DNA from: Schizochytrium sp. TIO01 | Taxonomy: Eukaryota; Protista; Bigyra: Labyrinthulomycetes | Reading direction: 5' to 3' | Assembly: GCA_004764695.1 (NCBI GenBank) | Contig: SMSO01000034.1 | Span: 4,340,001-4,404,000 of the forward strand | Length of the DNA: 64,000 nucleotides | Shown: positions 13,505 to 25,897 of the stretch, in pieces | How positions within the stretch are numbered: the first letter of the stretch is position 1 | How the letters are laid out: each line of letters begins with the position of its first letter | Notes under the pieces: generated by a model | The model's database searches: none | Seen by the model: the letters and a program-made list of their open reading frames with translations, nothing else | What the model was told of the DNA's origin: nothing | Program-made: the position numbers and the translations under genes

Positions 13505-15308
13505 TTACAGCGGAACGCTCTGCAACGTCAACGCAAGGTCCTCGAGTAGGGGCTGCAGCGTGAGATCAAGGCGCGTAGTGTCGTATGAGGCCACATCACC
13601 ACCAATTGGAGTACTATACATAGCAAGAACCTGTACATAAAAGGTGAAAAGGAAGAGCAAAAAAATTAAAGCATAGCCCGGCAAGCAGCGCCAGAGCAAT
13701 AATTGTGATGCGTCAGTGAGATGAACTTCAGAGACCCCTTCAAAGTTCAGACAAGAAAGCGCTACAACAGAGAGGGGGAGAAAAATGAAAAGAGGTGGGA
13801 GAAGGTGACCCTTCAGGCGCTTCATTTTGCAGAAAAGATCTGCGCAATAAACAAAGCGCGGGAATCCCCAAAGCAACATAGTGTCCTCTATGAGTGTCCG
13901 TAACTACTAGTGAACTCAAAGTAGTTAAGTACACTACCATGCAGTGCTACCACGCAAAAGTAGCAAGAGCCAAGAACTTACTTTATTGCCCACAGCGTAG
14001 CACGAGAACACTAAGCGGTCGCCCTTTACATGCATGATGGGGCATTCCGAGACCTGGAGCGTATTGGCTAAACAGACAACCAAGTTGTGACCGAGCCGCC
14101 GAATTCAGGCAAGTCCAAACCAAACCGACGTTTGAACAGCGGTAACAATAATTTTACTTTGTCAGTCATTTACTTCATACTCGAAGTTATTATTAGACTT
14201 GGATGCTCACCCTCCCCCCCCACACACATACATAATTGTGTTAGCAAACACGGAGCTTCAGTCAATATATCATGAAAATAGAAATTCTGATGTACACCAG
14301 AGATCTCATGTTGAATAACGAAATCAATGGTTCCATGCATCAGCTCTTTATCATATGAAGACCAATCAAACTGCATTGCGTAGCATTGCATATGTGCATT
14401 TATGTATTCTAAATAACCAAGATTCACAAACGCAGACTTATCTGCCAAAGTTCGATATTTGCTTTCAAATTTGTACGCAAAGGCAGTACGGTCACCAATA
14501 TCGTTCCATTCTTGGAATGGCAAGCTCTAAAATAACCCAGAGCTCGGGAGCCATGAGAAGATGTCTGCATTTCCCTTTGCCACATTCTCTCCCCGCATCA
14601 CCTCTGCCCCAAACGATATGCGCCTGCTCTCCCTGCGTCCCCTCTGGCAAATATCTTGCCGGAGAGAGGCCAGGCGAGTATATAATGGTTCGAAAAAGTT
14701 CACAAAAAATAAGAGGACTGTAACAAACCAGTGCCCGTAGGAACAGAGCCCAGTTCTCCACTTCAAAACAATTGACTTGCATGTTTTGTTGGCCTCAGTC
14801 CTCAGAACTTTAGTTGGCCTAACTGAGCGAATCTGTGACAGTAACCTCTTCCAAACCAATACCGTAAACCCAAAGACTGAAGGGATCAACAATTCGAAAT
14901 GATATCATCCAAATATCAATCTAGGATCAAAGATCACTTACCAAAGCGGTTTGAGGCAATTTGCAGTGCGCCCAAGACGTGCAGCATGGACTGATCTGCC
15001 GCATCTTTCGCAGCGTCAAGCGCCGACCTAGCCTTCTTACCCTTGGGCTGCCTCTTTACACGGGTTTGGGCCTTGGATTCTCCAGATCCCATTGCTCCAG
15101 AAACGTTACCTGCGTTACGCCCGTTCACGTCTAAGTTCTCATCACCGTTCTCCCAGTGCGCCAGGAGACGACCTTCCGCAGAGACCAGACTCACGGAGGC
15201 AGCGCGCGCCTCAGGTAGCCTCTGTGCTGCTGTGGCGAGTTTATCATCAAGCAGGGCCCGAGCCGCCGGTGACAACAGCCCGCGCCGCTGGCAGCAAGAG
15301 GTGCTCAT
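13505..15308 (-). CDS. Three-exon ~192-aa protein, probable roadblock/LAMTOR/profilin-like fold; exons 15308-14942, 14067-13982, 13630-13505
   Basis: GTAAGT donors at 14941 and 13981, acceptors TTTAG (14068) and TACAG (13631), with consistent phases 1 and 0. The spliced product reads ...VSLVSAEGRLLAHW...ASNRFANTLQVSECPIMHVKGDRLVFSCYAVGNKVLAMYST...LEDLALTLQSVPL*. Confidence 0.8.
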
Positions 15309-17727
15309 GCCTACGCAGGCTCCGTAGACGCAGCTTCGGAGCACCACGCGGCAGTCAAAAAAGGACTGCCGGAAAGGAGCGAGGGCGGATCAATATGGAA
15401 ATAGCAGTTAAAAAAAGAGCTCACATATTAAACATATTATTCTACCTACGTCAATCTATGCGCACTTCGACCCGGATCCTCTCAACACAACCAAAGCTAT
15501 ACATAACGGGGTGGCTAAGTGCATTTGCTGGATTTGGAGTGAGAAGTCAATGTAAATCAAGGAAACAGGAGATCACAGAATGCATGATACAATCTTGTAA
15601 CTACAAAGATATAGAATGCAGAGCAAAATGTTGTAAAGAGAAGCTTGTTGATGGGCGCTCGGAAAGGTGGAGCGCTGGGAAGCAGATCTGATAAGCTGAG
15701 ATGATTTATTTGCAGCCTTCTTTCGGTAGAGGTGATGTTAGCTTGGTGTTCGGATGCATCTTGGGTTTTGATGGTTTTTTTACAAAGGCAGAAGGGAAAT
15801 GCAGATTATGGGGAATGAATCGCAATTCGTCCTAGATACCTGTGCCTAAGAGTGAGTCGATGATGTATTGTAGATGAAGCTCCGGGAAGTATTACCTTTT
15901 CGTAACCTGCGCTATCTCAATGGTGAAATTTCGTTTCGAAAGCAGAATGACGACATACAAGCTGTGAAGAATAGACTATATACAGAACAATCTTTCGCCC
16001 CATCATCTTCGGAATAATGAAGCAAGAAATAACATAAGTGTATTTACGTATTTACACATTTACACTTGAAGAATTCCTTTTGCCTACGCAATAAAGGGAG
16101 GTGTGGCATTTTAGAGTGGTTCTTTGTGCCATTCTTTATTTGTCTCTAACAAATTTGATCTTTAGAAAAATAGAATTGTAGTCGCTTTAATGACTAGTAA
16201 ACTTTGGAAATAACGCATCCATCATGTAATGTTTCCTAGGTTCTAAGTGACAGGCTCAGGTGCCTCCTCTTATGGACTTTTGTCGCCAGATTGTCCCAAT
16301 CTTAGAAGTGCATTGTTAAAGAAGACAACTCACATTTTCTGTTTGCTCGAAGTAGGACAAGCCTCGCATGGTGTGTACTTTCATTTGTACTATCATCAGA
16401 ATGCGATACGAAGAACTGAGAAGAGGCTTCAAATTGTCGTATCGTTTTATTTTTGCGCGTTGAGTCCTGAGAAAGCCGATCCGCTGCTCGGGCCAGTTGC
16501 AGGTAGCCACACAAGATCTCGACGTATTGATCCCAAACAATCTCTACATAATACCTTGGATTTTCTTATACACCAAAAGAATATTTAGTTTTGACTCTCG
16601 TTTTTGTGCGCAGCACGAGGAAATCCATGCTTCACCAATACAATACAATGCAAAGTACTGTGATTTTCGACAGAGTCAAAAGCAAAGACCAAGATGCAAG
16701 AAAGATGTTGTGTAGCCAAAGGTGCCACTCAATCACCATTTTGGTCCTAATTCTAACCGTTTGATCATCTGCTTGACTAAAACAGAATCAACTCAAACAT
16801 CTTGAAAAATCCAGCTCATACAAAGAAGGTTTATGCAGCTGGTTCCCACGTTGCCACAGTCATAAGAAAGATGATGTAACAGAAAAGCAAGCACGTGGAA
16901 AACGGCACCTCTGCGCATTATTTCCTTTCTTTCAAACCATTCCTCCACCTCCGATTACCATGAAGAATTTTGCCAAAAAGCTGCTATGGCAGGTACAACC
17001 TTGTGCACATGAGTTTCTATCCAAGCGTCTGTTTGCTCCATACCTTGGAAACTCGTCCTGGCAAAGTCGCGATAATCTACCAAAGTGAAATCAAGACAGG
17101 CGGCAAACTCCGTGTGGGCGAACTTTGGGGTCCCACGGCCACAATAGTCCCCTGGTGAAGCTGCTGCGTCGGTAGAGGAAGAAGTAGAGCACGCGCAGAA
17201 AAGAAAGAAAAGGCGCCGCGGTCTCTTCTACCATTGCTCTTGCTGAGCGGGACTAGGTATGCTGTAGCTGGCTTTGTAAGGCTTTCGCAGAAGAGAGCAA
17301 AGCTTTGCATTTTGAAACCTTAGCCTGAAGTGGGTGGAATGTATAGTGCTTGGAAAGAATTGACAATGCGGTGGAACAGAATGGACTGTATTGGAGAAGT
17401 TCATGCCTCGACATCGTGATCTCGTCTAGCGCCGGCGCAGAGATGGAGCTAAGGCAGGTAGAGGTGGAGGAGAACCCGGCCAACGCAACGGGTGCGCTCA
17501 AAGCGTCGCCGCGCTTTGGAATTTGTTTTCGCATGAGTAGGATTGCTTCCTAATGTTTAGAGTTGTTTTATCTGTGGTTTGAAGTACTACATTCTACCTA
17601 CCTCTTATTGGATTTGAGTTTTAAAATTCACCTTTTTGCAAAAAGCTTTCTTTGATGAATCTTTTCTTTTTTAGTCTTTTCTTTTCTTTTCTTTATCAAA
17701 AATAGAAATGCATTTTGAATATAACAT

Positions 17728-17937
17728 TTTGAATTTGAATTTGAATTTGAATTTGAATTTGAATTTGAATTTGAATTTGAATTTGAATTTGAATTTGAAT
17801 TTGAATTTGGATTTGGATTTGGATTTGGATTTGAATTTGAATTTGGAGTTTGAATTTGAATCTGGATTTGATTTTGGAGTTTGAATTTAATTTGAATTTG
17901 GATTTGATTTTGGAGTTTGAATTTAAATTTGAATTTT
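17728..17937. repeat. (TTTGAA)n hexamer array degenerating into TTTGGA/TTTGGAG variants
   Basis: About 13 perfect units followed by variant units. Confidence 0.95.
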
Positions 17938-19687
17938 CATGGTTGGATTGTTATTAGATCTCTTCGTAGAATCCGATTCCAAAGAGCAGAGATGAGGATA
18001 GGTTTGCCTGCGCATTCCAGCATCGCACAAGACCCATCAAAACGCCTCAGAAACGATGGCAAGAACAGCATTCGCAAAGCAGAGCCTCCCACACAGCACG
18101 TACCGGCTGCGCTCTGCTTTCCTTTCCAGTTGTCATTGAGTCCACGCAAAGCTGCGAACAGGCTTCACGGTTCTGCTGTCTCTTCTATGAAATCATAGCC
18201 TTTACAAACTCAGTTTCATCAATTATGATGGTCTCCTCAACATAGGTTTGATACTACTTGTTACAAACGGGGCATTGACTGGGCCCACCTGTCCCAGCGT
18301 TCTTCACCAGATAAACTATTAAAAGAACGTATTAGCTATTAGGCCCCCACTATGAGGTTTCTTACTGTAGGAGACCTAGTACGTATAGTGTTAACTACAC
18401 GCTCCTGGAAAGTTAGTGTTTCTTGTTTGTTTTTAAAACTTCAACTAGTAAAAAAGAGTGCCTTTTAAATTAAGAATAGTTTAAAAGTATCAACTACCTG
18501 TCTACCGACTCAATAGCTACTCTTAACGCTATTGATTCTTCTTTTTTTCTTTTGGTTATTCTTGAGAGGATAGGGAAAAAGGTGCTTCTTCCCTTGCAGG
18601 GATCATGTTTTGGTGAAATTATATCACCTAATATCGCTTGGGATCCAAACTCCAGGCCGCTTTGTAAGTCCACTGTTCACTGCATAGGTGCATGCTTCTG
18701 CTTTTGGCCTATAGGCTCTTGGCGTCCATTTGCAGCGGCACAACGTAATCTATCTGATTTTAAAAGTAAAGTAAAGCTCGTTTGCTTTGGATTGCCCTGT
18801 TTCGATTTCTTTTCTTTTCTCAGATTTACCTTTCTACTCTCTCCTTTTCATGTCTATGAAATGCATGGGCGGATTTATCGATCGATCGATGGTGTCACAG
18901 CACAGTCTCGATTCTGCGATTCTGTGATTCTGCGACTCTGCAATTCTGCGGATGAGGAGCTAAGCCGAGCAAAGAACAAGGCACTGCGTCGCAGACAGTG
19001 GCGCCTACGTAGGTATCTGCCTGCCTGCGGAAAGGCGGCGCTTCAAACCTTCGCTCTGTCGGATTTTGATTGCAGCTAACTAGTTGACTTTCTTTTCTTT
19101 TTTTCGTTCTGCTTTAGTTTTTATCTGCGACTCGAAGATATATAAGGAACTAAAGCAACTAAGTAGCTAACTAACTCAAATATCTTTCTTCGTTTTGAAG
19201 GTGTTTGACGTGGTCTCTGCTGCACCTTCAAATCTTGGAATGCGATGAATACGAAGGCGGGGAAAACCACCTATCTCTCTATCTCTCTATCTATCATATA
19301 TCTATCTATCTAATTATCTCTCTTTTATGGCTACTGTGGCGGGTTTTGTTTACCTCCTTTCGATACGCCTCCTTTCTCTACAAGATTATGGTCGTCATTC
19401 TCCAAGTTTCTTTAATACATTCTCTTCTTCTTTTCTTTTCTTTTCTTTTCTCTTCTCTTCTTTCATTTCTGTTCAACAAGAAACACCACACTGCGACGCA
19501 CTATGGTATACATAGCCACAAGTGTAGGACCCTCCTTGAGCTTGCCACCGCCTTTTCTATCTTCTGGAGCCTCGTCTTTTCCGCTGTCTTTTTTCTTTCC
19601 TTTTTTCTTTTTTCTCGTGCGTGGATAGGAGTCGTATAGGAAGTCTTGCACCAGCGCACGCTGGCCAGCGAGAGAACATGAGAACTT

Positions 19688-19759
19688 GAAGAACAGAAAG
19701 AACAGAGAGAACAGAGAGAACAGAGAGAACAGGGAGAACAGAGAGAACAGGGAGAACAG
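19688..19759. repeat. 9-bp tandem repeat (GAACAGAGA/GAACAGGGA)
   Basis: About 7-8 copies visible. Confidence 0.9.
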
Positions 19760-20032
19760 CGGCCCAGGGATCGATTTGGGGAAGGCTGGCGATCGATTGA
19801 TTGTTAAAATGAGGTCAGCACGCGTGAAGGCGCGGCTGAAGGCAGGAGAGTCGTTATGGACACGCTGAAGAGCTGCGCGAAGCCTGAGAGGCCCGGCTGG
19901 ATCAGACCTCGCTTTGGTCGATGTTTTCAGGCTTCGGTTCATGATTCGCGAGGATGATCTCCAAAATTTACATTTGGAAGATTGGCGCCTGAAAGGAGAG
20001 AAAAGCAATGAAAGAAAGAAGAATTAATCACG

Positions 20033-20033
<1 letters not shown>

Positions 20034-20119
<86 letters not shown>

Positions 20120-20122
20120 AAA
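20034..20122. repeat. (AAAG)n microsatellite
   Basis: About 21 units. Confidence 0.95.
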
Positions 20123-21426
20123 CACAAGAAAGCAAAAAAAAGAAAAGAATCAGGATGAGGACTTGTAAGAAGTTAGAGTACTCGTTGAGGGAAGAGTCGA
20201 ATTTAATAAGATGGATCGACCCAATACTCACCCAAATAGATGTGCCTGGTGCTTATCTGTTATTTCTTACCCTATTTTGTCTGTGTGTTGCGGGCGGCTC
20301 CAGAAGAGGAAATGGAACGCACGCAGGTAGGCAGGCAGGCAGGCACAACGTACGTATCTTGGGCGAGGGTCGCCAAAGAACAGAACGATAGGAACGAAAG
20401 AACAGAACGATACTGGTGGGGAAAAGAAAAGAAGTAAAGAGAAAAGAAAAGAAAAGAAAAGCTACTACTTCTTCTCTTTTTCTTTTCTTTCTTAAAAGTT
20501 TTCAAACAGCCATTTAGGAGATGGAACAGTGACTAGCCCCACACTAATGCTGGCTAACCATCCATAGCTAAGTTACTACACGAAGGAAAAGGAAAGAAAA
20601 GGAAAGAAAAGCAAAGCAAAGCGTGGGAATAAGGTGGAGTTTGAAATTGCGTTGCGCAGACAACTCCAGCGGCGGCTTAAAGTTTATATGATTAGTTTGT
20701 TTGATCTTGATGTTTGATGTTTGATATTGCTTTCTTTTCTTCTGCTTTGTGGTTTTTGGCTTTTAATCGTTTTCTTCTCTCTGCGCTTTCTTTCTTTCTT
20801 TTTTTTCTTTCTTTCTTTCTTCAAAGCAAACAGCGATGATCGCTCATGAGCACCAAAAGCTGCGAATCTGCGTTGAGATCTGCGCCGATAAGCGTGGCAG
20901 TTCTCGCAAGTGGAAACCTGCAAGAATAGGCAGCACTTGCGTAGCATGCCTTCTTGAAGGCCGTGCTCTCTGCGTCTGCAGAGGAATGGATGGATGGATA
21001 CTCAACTGGTTTTCATTTGCGTCGCTGCGATGGAGTAGTAGCTAGGAAGAAGACGCTAGCAGTTGGTTAGGTAGAAACTCTAGCAGGACGATAATGTGTG
21101 TGATTCATGCGCCGTTTGCTTTTGCTTTTGTTGCGGATGATGGATGTTGCTGTGCGATTGATACTGATCCGCATCTGTAAGGAAAGCCGTCGGTGCCTGC
21201 TGTTGAAGAGCGCAGAAAGACTGGCACTGCGTGGCGTGGCATTCATTTGCGATCACATTTGCTCTGCTTTTGATGCCCTTCGCTGCATTGCATTGCCTTG
21301 CATTGCGTTGCGTTGCATTACATTTACTGCATTGCATTGTATTTATGGCGGCGCGGCATTTCACTTTTTCATTAACTTTGAAACGTATTGTAAGAAAGAA
21401 GCATATTTAAAAAAGAAAAGAAAAAC

Positions 21427-21494
21427 TGAATGAATGAATGAATGAATGAATGAATGAATGAATGAATGAATGAATGAATGAATGAATGAATGAA
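21427..21494. repeat. (TGAA)n microsatellite
   Basis: About 17 units. Confidence 0.95.
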
Positions 21495-21976
21495 GGAGAT
21501 GGAAATCATGAATTGATTGAAGAAAGGCAGCTAGCGCACAAAGGGAAGAGCGAAGGAGAGCGAAGGAGAAGAAGATCAAAATAGGTCTAGGCAGCAAATC
21601 AACAGTGGGAGGGGATAGATGGCACTGGACGGGCGATAAGTGAGCGATCCACGCGAGCAAAGACGAGCAAAGAAGCACTTGGAAAACCATGTTCATAAAA
21701 GGCACTTTCTTTCTTTCTTTGTTGATTTAAAAAAGAAAAGAAAAGAAGAAAAAAAAGCGATTCAACCCTCCAAAAAAAGGCAATTCCAAAAAGGCGATTT
21801 AAAAAAGCAATAAAGACACAGATTTAAAAAGCAAGCAAGTTGGCAGAAGAGCGAGCAAGACACGAAAAAGGCTTAGCAGCAAGCAGATCCCTAACTCGCG
21901 TTGTTAGTCTGCTCTTGGACAGCTTGCAGGCACAGTCAGCAGTCCCGTCAGTCAGTCAGACAGGCAGTCAGGAACG

Positions 21977-23351
21977 ATGGCGCTCCGGTTCTGTGTGGTG
22001 GGCTCTGGCCCCGGTGGCATGTACACTGCCAAGTACTTGCTGAAGGCACTTGGAGACAAGGCCCGCATCGATGTTGTGGACAAGCTGCCCGTGATGTACG
22101 GCCTCGTGCGCTACGGTGTGGCCCCGGATCACCCCGAAGTTAAGAGCGTAAGCAATGACTTTGATGAGGTGATGAACGACCCGCGCGTACGCTTCTTTGG
22201 CAACGTGGAGATTGGCAAGGATGTCGAAGTGGCAGACCTCCGCAGCGCGTACGATGGCGTGGTGTTTTCGTACGGCGCAACGAGCGACAAGCCTCTCGGC
22301 GTGGCAAACGAGGCTGGCACCAAGAACGTATGGGGTGCCAGAGCCTTCGTCAACTGGTACAATGGCCACCCCGAGATGTCCGTGCTCGAGCCCCCCAAGC
22401 TCGACCAAGAGACCGCTGTTATCATCGGTCAGGGTAATGTTGCTCTTGACTGCGCTCGCGTTCTTACCAAGAGCGTCGACGAGCTTGCCAAGACTGACAT
22501 CTCCAGGGCAGCGCTCGAGGTTCTCGCTGAGAGTAAGGTTCGTCGCGTGGCTGTCGTCGGCCGCCGTGGTACTGCTCAGGCCGCTTTCACCATCAAGGAG
22601 CTCCGTGAGTTGACCAAGCTCGACGGTGTTGGCTGTGTTATCCAGAAGGATGAGCTCGCCCGTAGTCTCACTGAGGCATCTCTCCAGGAGATTGCTGACG
22701 CTCGTGCTGTCAAGCGCATCAACGAGCTTATCCAGAAGATCGCAGCTGGCTCTGCCAAGGCCGCCAAGCAGGACCGCGTTATCGACCTCCGCTTCCTCCT
22801 CTCCCCGACCGAGATCCTCAAGGCTGAGGATGGACGCGTATCCGGCATTGTGCTTCAGCACAACGAGCTTGTTGGTGAGGCTGGCAACCAGAAGGCTCGC
22901 ACCATTACCGATATGGACAAGGAGATTATCGATTGTGGTCTCCTTATCCGATCCATCGGATACCGCTCGGAGCCCATCCCCGGTCTTCCCTTCGACGAGA
23001 GGCGTGCTACCGTTGACAACACTGGAGGCCGTGTGAACGGTGTCACTGGTGTATACACTGCTGGCTGGGTGAAGCGTGGACCTTCTGGTATCATTGGCAC
23101 CAACATCACGTGTGCTCGTGAGACCGTTGATGCTATTGTAAACGATGTCGAAAGCGGTGTTGTCAAGGCCGGTGAGGGTAAAGGGCATCGACGCCCTTCT
23201 TTCCTCGTCCATCAGGCCCGTGTCCTGGCCTGAGTACCAGTCCCTTGACAACCTCGAGCGCCACCGTGGAGAGACCCAGCAGCCCCCTGCCGTGCGCCAG
23301 AAGCTTCTCACCATCTCCGACATGCTCTCATCCATTGGCCTCTCCAAATAA
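21977..23351 (+). CDS. FDXR: NADPH:adrenodoxin/ferredoxin oxidoreductase (FDXR/Arh1/FprA family); +1 frame break near 23180
   Basis: Family motifs VVGSGPGG, YGLVRYGVAPDHP, IIGQGNVALD, VGRRG and GWVKRGPSGIIGTN. The expected C-terminus (VSWPEYQSLDNLE...RQKLLTISDML) is in ORF 23145-23351. Confidence 0.92.
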
Positions 23352-24722
23352 GTGCTTCGCATTTCACGAGCATGGGTTGAGCATTTAGAATTATGCTCTC
23401 ACACCCGCTTGCTTGCTCGCTTACTTGCTCACGTAATGGTATCTTGTTCCCTATGCTGAGCTAGCATTCGAGCAATAATTCCCGAGCATTATAACCGTAC
23501 GATTGTGAGAGTCTGAGTGCTACACAAGAATATTAAGGCTTCTTACCACTGACCTGCCTCTCAATACGAAGACAAGAAGAAAGTTGTCCTTGCAATACGT
23601 CGCCCGGGAGGACCCTGCAAATAGTTGTCTCTTTGTGTGCCCTTCAGTGAAGGCATGCCCGCGCTGGAGATCCTGGGCATCTATTTTTCCAACCCCATCC
23701 TTCATCTTACCCTACTTACCCAGCCTTGAGTACCCTTTTTGTATGCGGTGATGATACGTCCATTTACACACACACGAGTCGATCGTCACCGGCAACAAAC
23801 TCAATTTACCTTTAAAACAATACACATAACAAAACTAAACTGTGTTCAGTTAAAAGTTAAAATCATAATTGATTGATGATGATTTTTTATGTGAACCCCG
23901 CCCATTTGGTCTTGTGCTTATTAAATTTAAATTTTACTCATTAATGATGACCAGAAATTCCACCTTCAGAAGAGTTGTCGTAGTCACAATCTCTCGCACA
24001 GTATCATAAACATGTAGGTGCCTAGCGTAGTTACTCGTACCAGAACTCCTTGACATTCTATTTGCAGTGTTTGTTTGGCAAAACTTTCTGATGTTTATCT
24101 ATCGTGAAAGCAACGAAGGATTCGATTTATAATCTTATTTTTGTTATATTTTTATCACCTAGATCATATCAATTTTACAAGTTTGTATTTTTTTTTCTTG
24201 TTTCTTGTTTTACGTTTTTGTTTCTTATTTTTTTGTTTCTGAATAAAGTTATATGTCAACCTAGCGCAAAGTATTGTAACCCTGCTGTTGCTGCTGTTGC
24301 TGCTGAAGGTAGAGTCCTTCACTTTATGGTCATTTTAACATTCTACGGGAGGATGAAATCTGGGGATAAAGTATACAAAGAATCTGCCTCTCGATGAACT
24401 CTTGCCTACAGCAGGAAATCGTTACAAATCATACTTTAATAAATTTTGGACAGGCACCAAAGAAGGGAGTCTAGCTATCAGTATTGTGATCCTAAACAAT
24501 CAAAGAAAAAATGGGATTGTTACATGAGTTTTACTTCTTGTTTTCTTATTTAAATGTCTGGACGATGCACTCCAAAGAGGGAGGAATATATCTAGCTTGT
24601 CTCTCTGCACTTAGTATCAACAAGCTACATCAAAAACTATTTCTTTGTCTTCAGTTACTGCTAATGAAAGGAATTAATTTAGACAAATTTATTTCTTCTC
24701 TTATTTTATAAGCGCACAAAAC

Positions 24723-25280
24723 TCAATTGGAAAGCATAGGAACTGACGAAAAAATAGTAGGATCTGATGACAAATCATGAGCCGGATGATGGTTTGACGT
24801 TTTGTGAGAAATCATCAACTCCTTGAATTCATCATAATCCCCCAAACTCAGCAAAATATCAAAGACATCGCCACAAATTTCATGCCGACGCTGCTCGCAG
24901 GTATACGCAAAGTCATCCAAGCGGAATCCGGGAATACGGCGCCTAAGACAAGCTTCAAGGTAGCTCTCAATCAGATCAGTATACTCATTGAAGAGTGTGG
25001 TATATTCTAATTTGTTTTCTTCGCCTTCTTCGTCAAAGAGAGCGCAGTGTTTCTTGCAGAATGTAGTTTGCATATCGACAAAGTCTGGGTCCATGATAAC
25101 CTCCTCTAGTACGCCCACTGCCAAATCAAAAGCGTTATCCTCGACAGTGCCCCCATGGCCTTCGCAAATCAAATCTTCATCTTCTTGCGAAAAGTCACGG
25201 CCAACTTTACCTTCGTAGAGGCGGTCGTCCTCTACTCGGTCGTCTAAGCTTACTCCCTTGAACTCTGAGCAAAGGTCCAT
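24723..25280 (-). CDS. ARL2BP: ARL2-binding protein (BART domain)
   Basis: FDLAVGVLEEVIMDPDF...EENKLEYTTLFNEYTDLIE...GDVFDILLSLGDYDEFKELM matches the BART family. Confidence 0.85.
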   Translation of the reverse strand: MDLCSEFKGVSLDDRVEDDRLYEGKVGRDFSQEDEDLICEGHGGTVEDNAFDLAVGVLEEVIMDPDFVDMQTTFCKKHCALFDEEGEENKLEYTTLFNEYTDLIESYLEACLRRRIPGFRLDDFAYTCEQRRHEICGDVFDILLSLGDYDEFKELMISHKTSNHHPAHDLSSDPTIFSSVPMLSN

Positions 25281-25897
25281 GATCTGAGATTAGCGTTTCT
25301 TCGGTTGTCTCTGTTCGTTCGCTACCCTGTCTTGGCTGCCAAAGTCCGCTGGATAAAGCCCTCAACTCCCGTTGGACTTTGCAAGTGCTCTTGCCGCCTT
25401 GACTTTGAACGACTCCTGGTTGTTTTGATTTGCGTTTGCTTCACCGCGCTCAGATTTGTTGCTATTGTTGTTGTTTTCAGTTCTTGTGCCCGAAATTGTC
25501 TAACTTAACCTTGTATAATATTCTTAATATATGACAGTTTCATGGGCTCTAACTCTGCTCGAATCACCTATTCTAATCTAGTAACAGGCTGTCTTCAGTG
25601 GGCTCCTCTTGTTTTTCATGTTCTTGATGCTGCTCAAATAGATGCAGTATATAGCCGTTGGCATGAGTTAAAAAAAATAATATATATATACATAGTTGTG
25701 TCTTAATTAATTAATTTTTATCTTTTATTTATTTAATATTAATCAATATGGACTGGCCTACACATAGTGAGTGGTACACGTATATCTCATATAATTTAAC
25801 CTATGAAATTTGTAAACCTTGCATTTCATATGGTGCCAAAGTGGGGCTAAGGCCCAATCGCGGGTTAAAAGATTGGCCCATGACTCGAAGAGATTGC

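Noticed and set aside
14170-14892. ORFs 14170-14523, 14492-14782 and 14527-14892
   Set aside because: They lie inside intron 1 of the three-exon gene, which splices cleanly without them.
17728-17937. (TTTGAA)n as an interstitial telomere
   Set aside because: It lacks the G-run typical of telomeric repeats and there is no subtelomeric context.
19205-21705. Short ORFs such as KERK-, RENREN- and HSFI-repeat peptides
   Set aside because: Translations of microsatellites.
21968-23362. 464-aa antisense ORF over the ferredoxin reductase
   Set aside because: Shadow ORF expected from the strong codon bias of the sense gene. No recognisable motifs.
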